Virus record (IMG/VR): IMGVR_UViG_3300027707_000021
Location: 1 to 58,148 of that record
Direction: 5' to 3' (one strand)
Source of the DNA: a virus
Lineage: Duplodnaviria > Caudoviricetes
Length of the DNA: 58,148 bases
A program made the position numbers and the translations under genes. The notes below the pieces were generated by a model. It ran no database searches and was not told where the DNA came from. It worked only from the letters and a program-made list of their open reading frames with translations. How positions within the stretch are numbered: the stretch's first letter is position 1; every line of letters starts with the position of its first letter. Below, piece by piece: positions 56,661 to 58,148 of the stretch.

Positions 56661-56945
56661 ATGGCAAAGACACAATTATTAAAAAATGAAATATCTGAAG
56701 TAGAAAAACTTACATCAGAAGAATTAAAAATTTTAGTTGATGTTCAACAAAAAATTAATAACATTACTTTAAATTTAGGTAATGCTGAATTAGCTAAACA
56801 AGCTATGTTTGTTCATTATAATGAAATAAAAGCAGAATGGGATGTTATTGCAAAATCAATGGAAGATAAGTATGGTCAGGTTAATGTAAATTTATCTGAT
56901 GGTACTATTTCTGCAATAGATTCCTCTACTGATTCATTAGTATAG
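56661..56945 (+). CDS. coiled-coil hypothetical protein
   Basis: EDKYG...VNL.DG.I C-terminal motif; preceded by TATATTTG (56628-56635). Confidence 0.7.
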   Translation: MAKTQLLKNEISEVEKLTSEELKILVDVQQKINNITLNLGNAELAKQAMFVHYNEIKAEWDVIAKSMEDKYGQVNVNLSDGTISAIDSSTDSLV

Positions 56946-56974
56946 ATTTTATTACATAAATAATTTTATAAAAA

Positions 56975-57016
56975 ATTTTATAACTGAACTTTTCTTGTTT
57001 GGTTATAAAATTTTTT
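56975..57016 (+). terminator. putative terminator overlapping a late promoter
   Basis: TTTTATAACTGAAC-TTTTCTT-GTTTGGTTATAAAA followed by T6. Confidence 0.55.
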
Positions 57017-57074
57017 GTATATTATAATTGTATAGATTGTAACAATATATTACATTATAGTAAAAAGAATATTT

Positions 57075-58148
57075 ATGATACCAACAAATTCAAGTAGTTC
57101 AACAAATGGTTGTGATAGTATTTCATCAAACTGTGTTATTTGGCAAGGTCCTGACATCAGTTGTATAAACCTTTGTAATGGAGATACAATAAGTGATGTA
57201 ACAGCTAAATTAGCTGAACTAGTATGTACATTAATTACAGAGGGTGTAGCATCTAATCCTAATTTAACAGGTTTAGATTTAACATGTCTTAATATACCAG
57301 GTACTACACCTACTACATTAGTTCCTGTTTTACAAGAAATGGTTGACGCAATATGTGTAAAAAATACACCTGCAGTTCCATATGTATTACCTACAATGAC
57401 TTTACCCGCCTGTTTGGTTTATAATGATCCATCAGGAAATCCAGTTACACAATTACGTTTAGATTTATTTACAACTCTTATTGCTAATAAAGTTTGTGAT
57501 ATACTTACTACAATAGTTTATATACAAACAACATTAACTAATTATAATACTAGATTAAATGTTTTAGAAGCATGTGTTTTACCATGTTCAGGTGCTACAG
57601 TAGAAACTCAAGTTATTCCAACATGTATAATTAATGTTGGTGTATTAACAAATGTATCTGTTTTATTACTTGCTTTAGAAGTAAGGTTTTGTGCATTAGA
57701 AACAGCTGTAGGTTTACCTGCTGCAATTAATGCTACTATTTCTCAAGGATCATGTATATTATCAACTACAACAACATTAGCAGATCCAACAGTATCTTAT
57801 GGTTCAATACCTGGATGGAATAATACTCCAGTTAATTTAGCACAAACTACACAAAATATATGGGCTGTGTTGTGTGATATGTATGAAGCTGTTTCAAACA
57901 TTCAAATTAACTGTTGTCCTTCTGGATGTTCTAGTGTTACTTTTGGTTATAATACATCAAATATATTAGCAAGTAATGGTACAATAACGGGTCTTAATTT
58001 TAATTTCCAAAATACAACAGGTACTGGTTCTGTTATACCAGCAACATTTAATGATTGCGCTGGTAGTACTATTATTACTATTAGAGATAGTAATAATGTT
58101 GCAATTACAAGTACAGTGAGTGTTGCCGCTTTGCAAAATTCTGCAGGT
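57075..58148 (+). CDS. Cys-rich structural protein (partial, runs off the window)
   Basis: Not in the track. MIPTNSSSSTNGCDSISSNCVIWQGPDISCINLCNGD...; reads open to the end. Confidence 0.75.
   Translation, partial: MIPTNSSSSTNGCDSISSNCVIWQGPDISCINLCNGDTISDVTAKLAELVCTLITEGVASNPNLTGLDLTCLNIPGTTPTTLVPVLQEMVDAICVKNTPAVPYVLPTMTLPACLVYNDPSGNPVTQLRLDLFTTLIANKVCDILTTIVYIQTTLTNYNTRLNVLEACVLPCSGATVETQVIPTCIINVGVLTNVSVLLLALEVRFCALETAVGLPAAINATISQGSCILSTTTTLADPTVSYGSIPGWNNTPVNLAQTTQNIWAVLCDMYEAVSNIQINCCPSGCSSVTFGYNTSNILASNGTITGLNFNFQNTTGTGSVIPATFNDCAGSTIITIRDSNNVAITSTVSVAALQNSAG

Overview
AT-rich (roughly 30% GC by eye) fragment of a tailed dsDNA phage whose gene content and order resemble crAss-like (Crassvirales-related) phages of Bacteroidota, probably an environmental Flavobacteria-type host. 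It uses the standard genetic code. Bases 1-28.7 kb are almost entirely minus-strand replication and early genes: PolB (partial), a PD-(D/E)XK nuclease, two paralogous BRCT-like proteins, a MoxR-type AAA ATPase, an HEXXH-metallopeptidase/vWA gene, a RusA-like resolvase, primase, SSB, a Sak4-like ATPase, DnaB, Ung, an SF2 helicase, HNH nucleases and many small ORFs. Bases 29.0 kb to the end are plus-strand late genes: endolysin, an IHF-like protein, GroES, TerL, portal, scaffold, MCP, a ferritin-like protein and tail-fibre/receptor-binding proteins. Main findings: (1) a complete group I intron carrying a LAGLIDADG homing endonuclease, inserted inside the HEXXH catalytic motif of the vWA-peptidase; (2) a four-component AAA/vWA-protease/BRCT-like-pair module; (3) a duplicated early gene with a conserved GC-rich upstream element and matching-loop hairpins at the strand switch; (4) several densely structured non-coding RNA candidates; (5) a shared N-terminal motif on three replication proteins; (6) recurring promoter motifs. 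All family assignments come from motif recognition, not database searches.
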